The notes beneath the pieces were generated by a model. That model was not told the DNA's origin, made no database searches, and was given only the letters and a program-made list of their open reading frames with translations. From Camelus dromedarius (taxonomy: Eukaryota), in assembly GCF_036321535.1 (NCBI RefSeq), contig NC_087447.1, positions 52,702,001-52,766,000 on the forward strand: a stretch of DNA of 64,000 nt, read 5' to 3'. This document shows positions 37,764 to 50,439 of the stretch, in pieces. The position numbers and the translations under genes were made by a program. How positions within the stretch are numbered: the stretch's first letter is position 1; each line of letters starts with the position of its first letter.

Positions 37764-38160
37764 ACACTTGCCCTTGAACAACGTGGCAGTTAATTCATGT
37801 GTAACTTACAGTTGGCCCTCTGAATCCCAGGTTCCTCCATGCCTGTGGATTCACCCAGCCGTGAGCCATGGAGTACTGGAGTATTTACTACTGAAAAAGA
37901 TCTGTGTATAAGGGGACCTGCACAGTTCAAAACCACTTTGGGGTTTTTATTCTTTTTTTTTATTGAAGTGTAGTCAATTTACAGTGTTAGTTTCAGGTGT
38001 ACCGCAAAATGATTCAGTTATACATACATATATATATATATATATGTTTTCTCAGATTCTTTTCCATTATAGTTCATTATAAGAAACTGAATATAGTTCC
38101 CTGTGCTACACAGTAGGTCTCTGTTGAGTTCAAACCCATATTGTTCAAGAGTCAAGTGTA
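37764..38160. mobile_element. TcMar-Tigger (Tigger2/MER2/MER8-like) non-autonomous element, interrupted by L1
   Basis: Terminal inverted repeats cacttgcccttgaacaa ... ttgttcaagagtcaagtg(ta); internal cagttggccctctg...gtggattca. Confidence 0.75.
37940..38120 (-). mobile_element. Short L1 3' end
   Basis: T-tract then attgaagtgtagtcaatttacagtgttagtttcaggtgtac...aatatagttccctgtgctacacagtaggtc; flanked by agttcaaa(a)cc repeats. Confidence 0.88.
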
Positions 38161-40017
38161 CTCGCTATTCCCTCTGCCTGGAATGTTCTTCCCACAGGTG
38201 TTCACAAGTCTTGCTCTCTTACCTCCTTCTCGTGTTTGCTGACACCTCTACTTTGATTTGCAGCCTCCAGCCCGCCCCGATCCCAACATTCCTTATCCCC
38301 AGCTGCTTCTGCCTGTCGTTTATCACCTTCTCCTGCATGGTGCAATTTATCCACTTACTTTGCTTACTGTTGTCCCCCCTTACTAGCAGGCAAGCCACTT
38401 GAGGACAGGGATTTTCATCTGATTTGCTGAGTCTGTATCCCAATATCCCAGTGGGACCGTGCCAGGCATAGAGAAGGTGCCCTGATAAGTATCTGCTGAG
38501 TAAGTAAACATCTAGACAGATCACCTGTCCCACACCAAGCCTGTTTCTCCTCTGATATCCCTTTCTTCTGTGGATGGCAGGATCCTCCCACCCCGATCCT
38601 CACCCCAGCTCAGTGTAGTGGTTCAACAAGCCTGGCTTGGAGCTGAGGAGAGGATGACCCTGAGCTGGTGCCCTGGGAACAAAGCGAAACCTTCTAGTCC
38701 CTCTTTTTCCCTGACCCATCAAATCCAAAAGAAAACCTTGGCTTTCTCATCTGTAAAATCAAGGTCATCATACCTATTTCATAAAATGAAATGAGATGAC
38801 GTGTATAAAGATTCCAGGAAAAATATGTGCCACACAGCAGATGCCTAATAAAAAAAAATAATTGAGCTGGCACTGAATTCTAGAGAGCCTTGTTCTTGAA
38901 TATCTTCAAAAGATGTCAATTTCTCACCCTCTTTCCCAGCCCTGCTGCTGCTGGGATGAGTTAGGAGACTGAGGCAGCAGAGCTTGGAGGAGCAGAAAGC
39001 ACTGAGAGGTAGGAAGGAGAGGCATATGGCGAGGGGTGATCCTTACTGCCAACAGGCATTTGGTTTTAGCTGAATTCCCAACCCAAACACGAAGGGCAGC
39101 AGTCATGTGTACCAGGATGAGACCACAGCTCTCTAGGGCCACAGAGCCCCAGGGCTCCCACAGAACCCACAGACAGAGCCCTCCTCCCTCCTGTCTCCTC
39201 TGTCCTAATCATGCCCAGCTTCCACCCAAAGGGCCTCCTCTCTCTAAATGGGCGCCTCACACCGCTGCCCGAGTGACATCTGTGGGAACAGAGAGAGCCA
39301 CAGAGCGTGACTGCCTGCAGCTAATTGATTTGTGCAAGTTGCTGACAGAAGTATGTGCCCAGCCCCCCAGGAAGACTGGGCGAGGGCGTTCCAGGCACAG
39401 AGGTGGGAGGAAATCCACCTCTGTTCTCCCTGCCAGTCTGCTAGGTCTTCCTGCAGCAGCCACCCCGTCTGGCCTCTGAGAGTTTACTCCAAGGGGGAGG
39501 AGAGGAGAGAGAGAGAGAAGTGGGGGAAGGAAGAAAGAATAGAGAGAGAGAGGGGCAGACAGCAGGAGACGGACATGAAACAGACAACAAATTAAGGCTT
39601 ATGAGCACTCACTATTCACCAGGCCCAAGTTCCCTCTAAAGAAGTAGACACGAAAAAAGGCAATGTGATGGAAGAGAGGTGGACCAAAAAAGAGGCAGGG
39701 ACAGAAAAATGATGGAGGGACCCAGGCCACTTGGGTACCCGCTCTGGCCAGGCTGGCAATGGATGAACACAATCAGCTCCCAAATACTGGGATAAACCTG
39801 TCTCTGAGTTAAGGGGCTAATGAGGGGCAAAGAAGCTTTTAGGTCCAAAATTCTTTTACCTACGGGAGAGGAAAACAGGAACTTGCTGGCACAAAGGCAC
39901 AGAGGAGCCATGCTAACTGCAGGTGGGAGGAAATAGCACGAAAGCTAGGCATCTCCCTCCCTGGACCAGAGCATCTCTGACATCCCACGACCTTGTGTTT
40001 CGATTGAGTTTAGTTTA

Positions 40018-40491
40018 CAGATCTTCCTTGACTAATGAGGGGGTTACATCCTAATAAACCTATCGTAAGTTGAAAATACACTAAGTCAAAAATGCACTTA
40101 ACACACCTAACCTCCCAAACATCCCAGCTTAGCCTCGCCTACCTTAAATGTGCTCAGAACACGTACGTTAGCCTCCTGGGGCAAACTCATCTAACATGAA
40201 GCCTATTGTATAATAAAGGGTTGAATAGCCCATGTAATTTATTGAATCAGTAATGCAAGTGAAAAAAGAATGGTTGTGTGGGTACCGAATGGTGTGAGTG
40301 CACCAGCTGTTTGCCCTCGTGATCCAGCGGCTGGCTGGGAGCTGTGGCTGCTTCCCGGCATCACCAGAGAGCATCCCGCCGTGCATCACCAGCCCGGGAA
40401 AGGATCAAAATTCTAAACTCAAAGTATACTGAGGTTCGTGTCGCTTTCACACCATCATCAAGTTGAACCACCCTAAGAGGAAGACCACCTG
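40018..40491. mobile_element. MER47/Tigger5-like TcMar-Tigger element, apparently end to end
   Basis: ta|cagatcttccttgact...ggggttacatcctaataaacctatcgtaagttgaaaat...gcctaccttaaatgtgctcagaacac...gctttcacaccatcat...gaccacctg|ta, with TA flanks at both ends. Confidence 0.88.
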
Positions 40492-41027
40492 TAGTAGAGA
40501 TTTGTTTTCCTCAGGGATTGCCCTTCCCTTCAAATCTATCTGATGAAACTGCTTGTACAGTGGAGGTTCCTGGTTGATGATTTGGAGAGATAGAGAGTCT
40601 TCATTCTGATGGTCAAGCCCAGGAAGGTTTTCTGACCTAAGCAATCTCGTTTCTGGACTGGCTTTTAATGTGGTTATTGGGGAAAAAAATCGTCTTTGCC
40701 TTGAACCTGACACACCAGATGCCGTGAACTGCTTACGACTCCCTAAGCCTCATCTGTCACTCCACAAACATACCGTCCTGGAGCTGTGACGACCTCTAAT
40801 GCATCGTGGTTTATAAATGAGCCTGACGTGCCGCCTGGTACATGAAAAACACTTATAATCAATCAGGTAAACCAGAAACACTGTAAAAATAGCTTATAGG
40901 TTATGGACCTGCTGCCGAGAAAAGCTTACAAAGGAAATACTTATGTTCAGCCAGCCAGAGATGCACAATTAAAATAAAAGAAGAAAAAAAGAAAAGGGAA
41001 ATGAGAGAACAGTGCAGTGGTGTATAC

Positions 41028-41252
41028 CAGGGGTTGCCAAACTCTGGCTCATGGGCCAGATCCAACTGGCTGGTCCTTGTGAATAAAGTTTTATTGGCAC
41101 ACAGCCACAGTCATTTGTTCACTCCTCCTCTAGGGCTGCTTTCCTCTACAAGGCAGAGTTGAGCAGTCGTGATGGAAACTATGTGATGTGACTTGCAAAA
41201 CCTAAAATATTTGCCATCTAGACTGTTACAGAAGCAGCCGGCTGACACCCAG
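41028..41252. mobile_element. MER58A-like hAT-Charlie MITE
   Basis: caggggttgccaaact...gggccagatcc...tgtgaataaagttttattggcacacagccac...ggcagagttgagcagt...cctaaaatatttgccatct. Confidence 0.88.
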
Positions 41253-42139
41253 GATACAACACGGGTTCACACTTTATGTTCATAGAGGCTAAATCCAGGG
41301 CGTGTTGTTTTCTCTGTGACCTTGGTTTTTCCACTTACAAAATGGGCTTATATGGTAACTATCTCCCAGACTGAGAACTAAGTTCAAAAAAAAAAAAAAT
41401 TACATAAAAGCACTTCACCATGCCTGGCCTATAGGAAGCTCTCATCAGATAGTATCTTTGTGTTGTCGACATCGTGTTAGCAGGTGTTGTTTCCTGGGGA
41501 CAAAGGAGCTCAGGGAAGGCAGGGCTCATTGACAAACTGCACTCGATAAATGAATTCCAGGGACTCTCCAAGGGAGGTGAGGGAAGCCCGCGTTCAGTGA
41601 GCGGCACTTGCTGGCAAGTTTGTATTATTTTGTCTCAGATTTTCAGGAGAACTAGGTGCCATGTAACCATGGCGGATGCTGAGGCTCAGGGAGGTCAGCC
41701 ACAGTTACACAAAGCCAAAGAAAGCGAGCCCAGCTCTGTGTTAAGCCCCTTGTTCTGCAGGTTTGAAGGAGCTGGTGGTATTTTACTGAGAAAAAGAATG
41801 AGTGGTGACACAGTAGCCTGCCTCCAAATACTTGTGTTTCCATGTACAAAAGGGCCCTGATTTACAGGAACTTCAGAGGGCAAAACCGGACTAAATCTGC
41901 CCTTTGTGAGATTGCTTGCTATTTCAAGGACACTTGAAAATCCTTGATGTGAAATATGCAAACAAAACACATAAAACAAAACAAAAAGAAGGTGAAGTCC
42001 AAAAGGTTTAGGCCTGTCCTAAAAATAAGCGGACATGAAGAAAACAATATTCTATGTGTGCAGAGCACTGGTGAGTAATGAAGAACTTTCGTATATATGA
42101 TTTTATTTGATCTTTACCGAAAAATCACGAGGTGATGAT

Positions 42140-42372
42140 ATTTAACAATACTGTGATGTATACTTGTAATCTGTTAAAAGGATAGCTCTTAAATCTTTTC
42201 ACCACACAGACACACACAAACACAACGGTTACTATACAGAAGTAATGGATGTGTTAATTAGCTTGATATGATGATCATTTTATAATGTATATGTATATCA
42301 AAGCGTCAGGTTGCATACCTTAAATGTATGCAATTATATGCCCTGATATTTTCAATAAAGTTGTTAAAAATA
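42140..42372 (+). mobile_element. Old L1M (L1MA/MB-type) 3' UTR end inserted in an antisense MIR
   Basis: ttaacaatactgtgatgtatacttg...tggatgtgttaattagcttgat...atgtatatcaaagcgtca...tcaataaagttgttaaaaa; the MIR resumes at ~42490. Confidence 0.8.
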
Positions 42373-42999
42373 ATTTATAGTGTAAAGGTTATACTACTAT
42401 AAATGAGATTTGAAAATAAAAAAGTAAAGCCTACAGAAAATAGAAAATTTCCTAAAAAAAAATAAATAAAATGAGAAGATGAGACACGTGTCATATCCTC
42501 CCATTTGACAGAGAAGGAAAACCAAGACCTAGGAAAGTAGGTGCCTTAGCCATAGTCACAAGGCTGGCTGGCTGTCATTGAGCTTGGACTCAAACCTGAG
42601 TTCTCTGAGACAAGAGTGATAAATCACAGGACCTCAGCAGAACAAATTTATACAATTGAGTGTTTGTCAAGATGAGAAATGAAAATTACTCTGCTCCTTT
42701 TAGTAACCAGAGTTAAAAACTTGCAGGGAAAAAAATAAAAAGGCATTTTCTACGCTGGGAGATCTGAGGGGCCCAAGTGTGGCAGAACCTCTGACATTCC
42801 TTAGATCGATAGCTTTGGAAGCCCCAGAAGCACCCGCACGGGGGCGCACCTTGGTGGTGGGCCTCACCAGTGGTTGGGGGCTGCTGGGCAAGACAAGTGC
42901 AAGGTGTGGTACCTGTCAGCCTTGCATCTAGATGGGATCCAAGGAGAGGAAGGAGAACTTTCTCTTCTGCATTTAAACTTCTGCAGGAGCGTGGGTAGT

Positions 43000-43400
43000 A
43001 ATAACAAGGGGGCTTTGGAGGCTGGGATTCAAGTCCCCCTAACTAGTTGGGTAACCTTAGGCAAGTGACAACCTTCTCCACCCTCAAGCTCTTCATCTCC
43101 TGGAGAGGATAATAATTGTACCTACCCCTGGGGCTGCCGCCGCCACCACGGTCACAGCGCGGGGCTGTGCTACAGCCCAGGGAGACGGAAGAGAAACGCC
43201 GCTCAGGATCCCAGCCGGACTCTGCTCACCCTGATCTGAGGTGAGCAGCACGAGCCCTCTGGGCTTTAGCCTTCTCCCCTGTCAAACGGGAATAGCAAGC
43301 CCTGTAATATCTGTCTAGTGGGGTCACTAGGAGGATCAAGGAAGGTAATAGATACGAAAGGGCTTTGTCAGCAGTGAAGTGGTGCTTACCAATGAACCAA
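43000..43400 (+). mobile_element. Two tandem MIR fragments
   Basis: gggattcaagtcccc...gtaaccttaggcaagtgac...; then ctctgggctttagccttctcccctgtcaaacgggaatag...gaggatcaagg. Confidence 0.7.
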
Positions 43401-45307
43401 GGTCATTACCATCGCCACTGTTGACAGTCCTGAATGACAAGTGTCACTGTATTGGGTAAGGAACAATCCGCAGAACCATTCCTACTCATTTTTGTATCTA
43501 ATAGAACAACGCTCTTTTTTTCCCCCTTTGATCTTTTGTTTCATGATCTGGTGCTTGCTCTCAGCAACCTGAGATAAATAAATCCATAATGGATATTATA
43601 ATATAGCATAATGAGAGCCATCTTTTTTTTTTTTTTTAAATCCTACTGCTGTATCCCAGGAACAGAGACTTCTGTGACATCAGAAAGCTGCTGGGAGGCA
43701 GGCATTATTTTCATTTTACATACAAAGCTGCTCCAGGGACCCTCTTCCCCACCCGTTCCCCTGCCCACCCCCAAACAAGCCAGAAGACAGAGCAGCAGAG
43801 GTGCTGGTTACACACGGTTTCATCAGGTGACCATGGGCAGGTCTCTTTGAAAGGTCACGCTGAACAAGGCAGTCACTAACATACGCCTTGTCTGAGGGCT
43901 CTAGTCCCTTACCTAGAAGTTTCCGAAGAAACGGCATGTTCTCAAATGCTACACACTCTCTTAAGCATCTACAAAGATGCACACGCTGAGATTTGGGTCA
44001 GGATAAGTCCCCCTTTGCTCTGAGGTCATGTTCAAGGCCAGCTCTGACATCAGCCTGACTTCAGAGATGGCTCTGCTGGTAAAGATACACAGCCTGGCAG
44101 GGAGTTGGGGAGGCAATCCCAAATCAGGCCCCGGGGTGTATGCAGCTTGAGGGCATTCTAAATATCACCTGGAGAGGTCCTCTATTCCATTCTACCTAGC
44201 AACCCGATTCAACCCAACTATGAGAACTCAGGGTTTGGACAACATATTTTTGTCAAGAGTGGACTCGATCCTTCTTGCTCTCGGCCACCCTGACTGTAAC
44301 CCACTGTCTTGGCAGTTCCTGAAGCAGGTACAAGGGGGACATTTTCAACAGCCAAGCGAATACTGATACAGCGCAATCACAAAGTGCTCTCCATGGTACA
44401 GCAGGCACTAAAGCAGTCCAGAAACACTCACTTTACACCACGTTCTCCCGTCCTTCCAAAAGAAAGAAAGAAAATGAGTATAACTGAAGACATTTGGGGA
44501 GCTCAGATTTATGCATGGGGTTGATAACCCCTAAATTATCTTGCCTGTTTCTACCAACAATTACCAGCGTTTAATGTGTCCAAGAGTGGTGTGTGTTTAT
44601 AGGTTAATAAGCACTGGAAGATATACCACAAAAACACTCAATTCCTGGAACATCAAAATAGCTCCTGGACCACGACGCATTAGGTTAACTGAGAGACAGA
44701 AATAGACTAAATGGAATGGAAATGTTTCCACGTTGATGTTAACACAGTAATTACCATGCTCAGAGCCTGATTTATCATGAGCTGGGGCTACCCCCAGAAA
44801 CATCTCTCCTTTACAGCACTCTCGTCCTAAACGCTCTGGGCTCTGGGAAAGTTGGGGCTATAATCACAGCAGTCCTGCTAGAGGAAGAACCCTCCAAAAT
44901 TCCTCAGAGTTATTAGCTCTTCATCCACTTGGCAAACCAGCCCCTTCCGATGTGGGGTCGACAATTTCAGGAATTAAATGATAAGTATTTTTTTACATGA
45001 ATTTTAGCACAGTGCCAGCTGTGTGAAAGCCAGCATTACATCATGTTTGAGGCCTGGGCAGGCTGTGAGATGAAGGTCTCTTCCTAGGGAGCTCTGGCAA
45101 GATGCGGAGAAGCTCTGGTCAGAACTGGGGACTCTCAGGATAGGACGCATATCCATCACTCATGGGCCCAATGAAACATTTTTATGTCACCACATGTAAA
45201 AAATAGGATACATAATTGTACATGCAGTATGACCACAAGAGTACCAAATTATGCGTTTATAGGAAGCTGCATTCAAAAACTGATGTGGGTGGTGAGGCTA
45301 GGGTTTA

Positions 45308-45458
45308 ATGTCTTCCTTCCTCCTTTCCTTTCTTTTCTCCTCTCCCCCTGCCTTCCTCTCGTCTCCCCTTTATTTCCCTCCTTCCTCCCTCCTTCCTTTC
45401 CTTCCTACTTTCTGTTCTAACTTCCTAACTTCCTCTATCCCTCTTCTCCTCCCTTCAC
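45308..45458. repeat. CT-rich low-complexity polypyrimidine tract
   Basis: About 150 nt that are almost all C/T. Confidence 0.85.
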
Positions 45459-45537
45459 TCAGTAAATACTATGGGCCAGGCATTATGCTAGACACTGATG
45501 ATAATGTAGCAAAAAGAAACAAACACAAAATCCCTTC

Positions 45538-45779
45538 TGGTAGGAATGTAGTTTGGTGAAGCTATTATGGAAAACAGTATGAAGATTCCTCAAAAACTAA
45601 AAATAGACTTAACCTATGATCCAGCAATCCCACTCCTGGGCATATATCCAGAGGGAGCTCTGATTTGAAAAGATACACACACTCCAATGTTCACAGCAGC
45701 ACTATTTACAATAGCCAAGACATGGAAACAGCCTAAATGTCTATCGACAGATGACTGGATAAAGAAGATGTGGTATGTG

Positions 45780-45831
<52 letters not shown>

Positions 45832-46299
45832 GGAATACTACTCAGCCATAACAAATAATAAAATAATGCCATTTGCAGCAACATGGTTGGACCTGGAGAT
45901 TGTCATTCTAAGTGAAGTAAGTCAGAAAGAGCAAGAAAAATACCATATGATATCATGTATATGTGGAATTAAGAAAAAAAGACACAAATGAACTTATTTA
46001 CAAAACAGAAACAGATTCACAGACATAGAAAACAAACTTATGGTTCCCAGAGGGGGAAAGAGGGTAGGAAGGGATAAATTAGGAGTTTGAGATTTGCAGA
46101 TGCTAACTACTATATATAAAAAAGATAAACAACAAGTTTCAACTGTACAGCACAGGGAATTATATTCACTACCTTGTAGTAACCTATAATGAAAAAGAAT
46201 ATGAAAACAAATATATATGAACATATGTGACTGAAATATGCTGTACACCAAAAATTGACACAGCACTGTAAACTGACTATACTACAATTAAAAAAAAAA
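45538..46299 (+). mobile_element. 5'-truncated young L1 (ORF2 end + 3' UTR + poly-A) with an internal (CA)n at ~45783-45829
   Basis: tatggaaaacagtatgaagattcctcaaaaactaaaaatagac...cctatgatccagcaatcccactcctgggcatatatcc...tatgctgtacaccaaaaattgacacagcactgtaaactgactatac-polyA. Confidence 0.95.
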
Positions 46300-46399
46300 C
46301 CTTTATCTTTCATTGTATATTTATATATTTTTGTAAGTTGCTTTTTAATAATAAAAGTCATATTTTCTTTTGTGACATAAAAATAAATGTATTATTAAA

Positions 46400-46775
46400 A
46401 CATAAATGGTTGTGAAATTTCACAAAACAATCAGGGAACCAGACACACTGACTGGATAGCCAATGCGATTAAGGACTTATTTGGCAATAAGTTACACATG
46501 ATCAAGGTTTTAGTTTTTTTTTAAATACAGTTTTTTAATACAATTTTTAAAGGTTACTTCCCATTTACAGGAAATTTTAGTTTTATTTAAGGTGAGGAAG
46601 TCTTAATTTTCTAGAGATATGTGCTGAAGTATTTACAGATGAAATACTACGATGTCAGGCATTTTGATTCAAAGGAATCCAATGGCCAGGTAGTGATGAT
46701 TGCTGATGCTGGGTGGAGTAAGGGGGGCATTATACTAGCTTCTAGTTTTGTGTAAGTATGAAATTTTCCATAAGA
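46400..46775 (+). mobile_element. Old L1M 3' UTR fragment containing a ~55-nt antisense L1 tail (46515-46570)
   Basis: agagatatgtgctgaagtatttacagatgaaat...cattatact...tgaaattttccataa; the insert ttttaaaggttacttcccatttacag is flanked by ttttagtttt repeats. Confidence 0.7.
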
Positions 46776-48299
46776 CAAGCAAAACAGAGCAAAAACAAAC
46801 AAACAAAATCATATAAAAATAAACAGGACAAATCCGTTGCAGTGCTGAGGTCCTGGAGGTGAGGGCGGGGCAGAGAGAAGTAGACTAGGTACCTACACAG
46901 AATAGAGACAAGACTTTAAAAAGATTGTTTTTACCTCCCTCTACTTCCTCATTTAGATAGAAGTTATCATCATTATCTAGTTTTCTTCAAACACACAAAA
47001 AAATCCCCCTTCTATTTAAGGTCTTCATTATAGAACCAGCCCCTTCTTCAGTGGGTCCCCACAGTACTTGGTCCAGTTTGATGATGGTATTTATTCTGCC
47101 ATATTATCATTCACTCATGTGTCTGACTTCTCTGTTAACTCCAGGAGGGCAGAAGTCACAGCTTCCCAATTCCCGAGTCCTAGTTCCTCACGCTGGGCTG
47201 AGCGTATAGTGAATGCCTTGTTAAACTAATCTCACAATATCCTGGTGCAATTTGTAAGTTTTAATATATTTCCCCCCAAATGATCATAACTTACATCATA
47301 GGTCAGAAAGAAAGCATATGTATATCACATGTAAAAGCAGATTGGCATTTTGGTTTCACTTCGGATCAGGATGTTGTTTCTGCCCACACCAAGGACCTCT
47401 CCCTTCTCCACTGGACTAGAAATTTGTCTTCGGCCAAGTCTGTAGTCAATGGAGTTACCAAGGAGCACGCAGGGCAGTGCCGCACCAACCGCCATCCTCA
47501 AAATCAAGGAAATAAAGTAAAGCCGGAAGTTGGTATTCATTCCAGGAGAAACCAGTTCAACAACAGACACAAATTCCAATTACAAGAACAGGTTGAATAC
47601 CTCTATTTGAGATTTGAGTGGCTAGACGGACTGTCAGATATTTCGCTATCTCAAGGCCCCATTCTCTTAAGACGTTACTCAAGAGTAATTTTTATGAATG
47701 AGGAGGCTATAAATGAGACCTCATTATCTATGAGATATCTTGAAGGGAGAAGGGAATTTCTTACATCTAACCTTCCCTCATGCCAACACTGTAGAGTGTG
47801 TTGTAGAAATCTCAAATCCACCGTGTCCTAAAATGAACTAAAACCTCTCCCCCAGGGACCTCTTCCTCCTGTAAGCCTGACCTTGTTGAAAGGTGGAAAC
47901 CACCCCTGTTGAGTGGCAGCTCTCGCCAGGCTGCCCTGCCCAGTACCCCCTAGACCTAGTGACACAGCAGACCAAATTCCCAGGCACGCCACAGCCTGGT
48001 CACATCACAGAGCTGTGTGTGACTGTACAGGCATGATGTGGACCAATTATCAGACAACCTGTAACCATGTGGCAAGACGGCACTGGGGGCATTGATGGCG
48101 GAACCTCGATGTCAGATCCAGATGATGTTCAAGGCAATCACGGTTGACTTCTGGAGCAAAACAGGCAGAGGTCTAAGACCAGAGAGGCATAATATCAGTG
48201 CCACCACTGGGAGGAATTTGGGGAAGCTGAACTCGATGATCGCCTCCCAGACTTGCCTGGTGTCTTTAGCTGTAGAGGGTTTGTTGCAATAAAGGTGAC

Positions 48300-48674
48300 T
48301 TGTATCAGAATTATGAGTTTAGAGTGCTCCTTTTCACCAAGCCTCAAGCCTCTGCATGACGAAGGCTCTGCTGGGCTAGTTCCCATTGCCACCGCAGTGC
48401 CAGAGTAATATCTTTTAAGTCTGAACCAGACCATCATGTCTTCAGACCCTTCCGTACGTCCCCATCCATGGAGCTACTTTCCCTGGGGTCTGGTACTTGC
48501 GCCCTCCCCTCCCCCTCTAGGTCTAGACCACTGTTCAGCTGCCGGGAACGTCACCATCACCTGCCGGGGCCCTGTCCTTGCTCACACCTCCATGAATAGC
48601 CCATTCATCGAACCATCCTCAGTCACCCCATTTGAATGTGCCATACGTTTCCTGCTGAGACCCTGACTGGCACA
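48300..48674 (-). mobile_element. ERVL LTR (LTR33/LTR41-like); left boundary uncertain
   Basis: The minus strand begins tgtgccagtcagggtctcagcaggaaacgtatggcacattcaaa, typical of these LTR 5' ends. Confidence 0.55.
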
Positions 48675-48859
48675 TGTAAGTATGAGAATAAAGAAAGGGC
48701 AGGGCTCCTGCGGATATCCCCCACCAGCGTGCTAAAGACGGGGAGATAAACGTGTCAACAGGAGAGGACTGGAGGCCTTGCAGATATGAGATGTGATGGA
48801 TGCTGGAAGTGGCAATTCAATCAATGCGGGGAAAGGACAGGCTATTCAGAAATGGTGTC

Positions 48860-49322
48860 ACATTACTCCACACAAAGTAGATAAAAAATCTTATGGTTAC
48901 TGGGGGGAAGGAGGTGGGAAAGGATAAATTTGGGAGTTTGAGATTTACAAATGATAACCACTATATATAAAATTAGATAAAAACCAAATTTCTTCTGTAT
49001 AGCACAGAAGGAACTATATTCAATATCTTGTAATAACCTTAAATGAAAAAGAATATATATATATATGATTGGGACATTATGCTGTACACCAGAAATTGAC
49101 ACATTGTAACTGACTATACTTCGATTAAAAAAAATAAAATTAAATAGATAAACAGCAAGGACCTACTCTATAGCCCAAGGAACTATATTCAATATCTTGT
49201 AATAAGCTATAATGGAAAAGAAGCTGAAAAAAATATATTATGTATATGTATAAACTGAATTGCTTTATACCTGAAACTAGCATTATAAATCAACTACACC
49301 TCAATAAAATTAAAATTAGAAA
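48860..49322 (+). mobile_element. Two tandem L1 3' ends inside an older L1M fragment
   Basis: Unit 1 spans ~48865-49140 and unit 2 ~49141-49320; both contain ggaactatattcaatatcttgtaataa and an A-rich tail. The pair is flanked by aaatggtgtc at 48850-48859 and 49323-49332. Confidence 0.88.
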
Positions 49323-50114
49323 AAATGGTGTCCGACCACTGGCTAGCCACATGGAAACGTAAAACATGTGCCATACACACTGGGCAGATGCTTACTTACA
49401 AGCCAAGTCTGAAAACTGGGCCCTGAGTTCCTCAACGCTTAGCACATATTCAGACACTCAAAGAATCACAGAAGTTCGGGCAAAAACAGATGTATCTCAA
49501 GAGATCTTCTGGACCAGATCCCTGCATCCTGTCAGGGAAGAGGATCATTCCCAGTTAACAGATGAAGAAACTGAAACCCAGACTGATTATACGGCTTGTC
49601 CAGGCTCATCTATAAGTAGCAGACAGGACACAACCAGAAGGGCCTGGTCTCACACATCCTTGAACTTGAAGGCAAGATATGAAACTGCCGAGTTTTGCAC
49701 TGTTTTCCCCGACCTCCCAGTTTTATGTGCAGACGCTTGAACACAAAGAGTGCAGACAGCTGCTGCATGTCAGCGGAGGGGGAAATAATACCTGCTCATC
49801 AGGGAGCTAATTCTGCAAAGCGCGCCATCTAATCGGTACCATATACACGTAAATAGGATGCTCTAATCAGCGGGAAGACAAGAAGTGCAATCTATCCCTC
49901 ATGGACCCAAAATATAATGGAGCAAAATTGAAGGTTTTATGATGCACAAAGCACTTTACTTGGAAGACTGATGCTTTTCTAGGCAAGGTGTTCATTTCCA
50001 GAACAAGTTCCCACACTCTCTGACATCTAATCCTGGGAAACAATGGACACCAAACAAAGAAATGCCTGGGGTACCTTTCCCATATTTCTGGAGTCTGTGG
50101 GAGACAGCACAGTC

Positions 50115-50340
50115 CAAAGGTTAATAGCACGGATTTAGAAGCCAGACAGACCTGGGTTCAAGTCCTGCTCTGCTATTTCATAACTCTGTGACCCTAGGTA
50201 AGTGTCTTAACTTCTCCAAACCTGTTCTCTCCCCAGTAAGAGAAGGATAATAATATCCCATTGGAGTGCTGGGATAGTCAATAAAATAACAGAGGTAAGG
50301 TACCAGCACATCCTTAACAGTCAACGTGTTTTAAGCATTA
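50115..50340 (+). mobile_element. MIR SINE
   Basis: gaagccagacagacctgggttcaagtcctgctctgcta...tgtgaccctaggtaagtgtcttaacttctc. Confidence 0.88.
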
Positions 50341-50439
50341 TTAGACTGGAATCCTTGTGTGGCCTGTTGTCTTAATCAAACAACGTTCCCAGGAGTGTGT
50401 TCTAAAACGTTAGCAGTGGCAGCACTGCTGGAATGAGCA

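Larger units (their letters stand above)
37340..38510 (+). mobile_element. L2 LINE 3' region, interrupted by a Tigger element
   Basis: ctccacgcagcagccagagtgatcct...ctctgctcagaaccctccc (left part); tattccctctgcctggaatgttcttccc...gaggacagggatt...gtgccaggcatagagaaggtgc (right part). Confidence 0.8.

Noticed and set aside
37378..37911. 177-aa ORF
   Set aside because: It spans L2 and Tigger remnants, so it is a repeat-derived chance ORF.
47280..47831. 183-aa ORF in largely unique sequence
   Set aside because: No recognisable protein family, the 3' end runs into an L2-like fragment, and there is no poly-A/TSD retrocopy signature.
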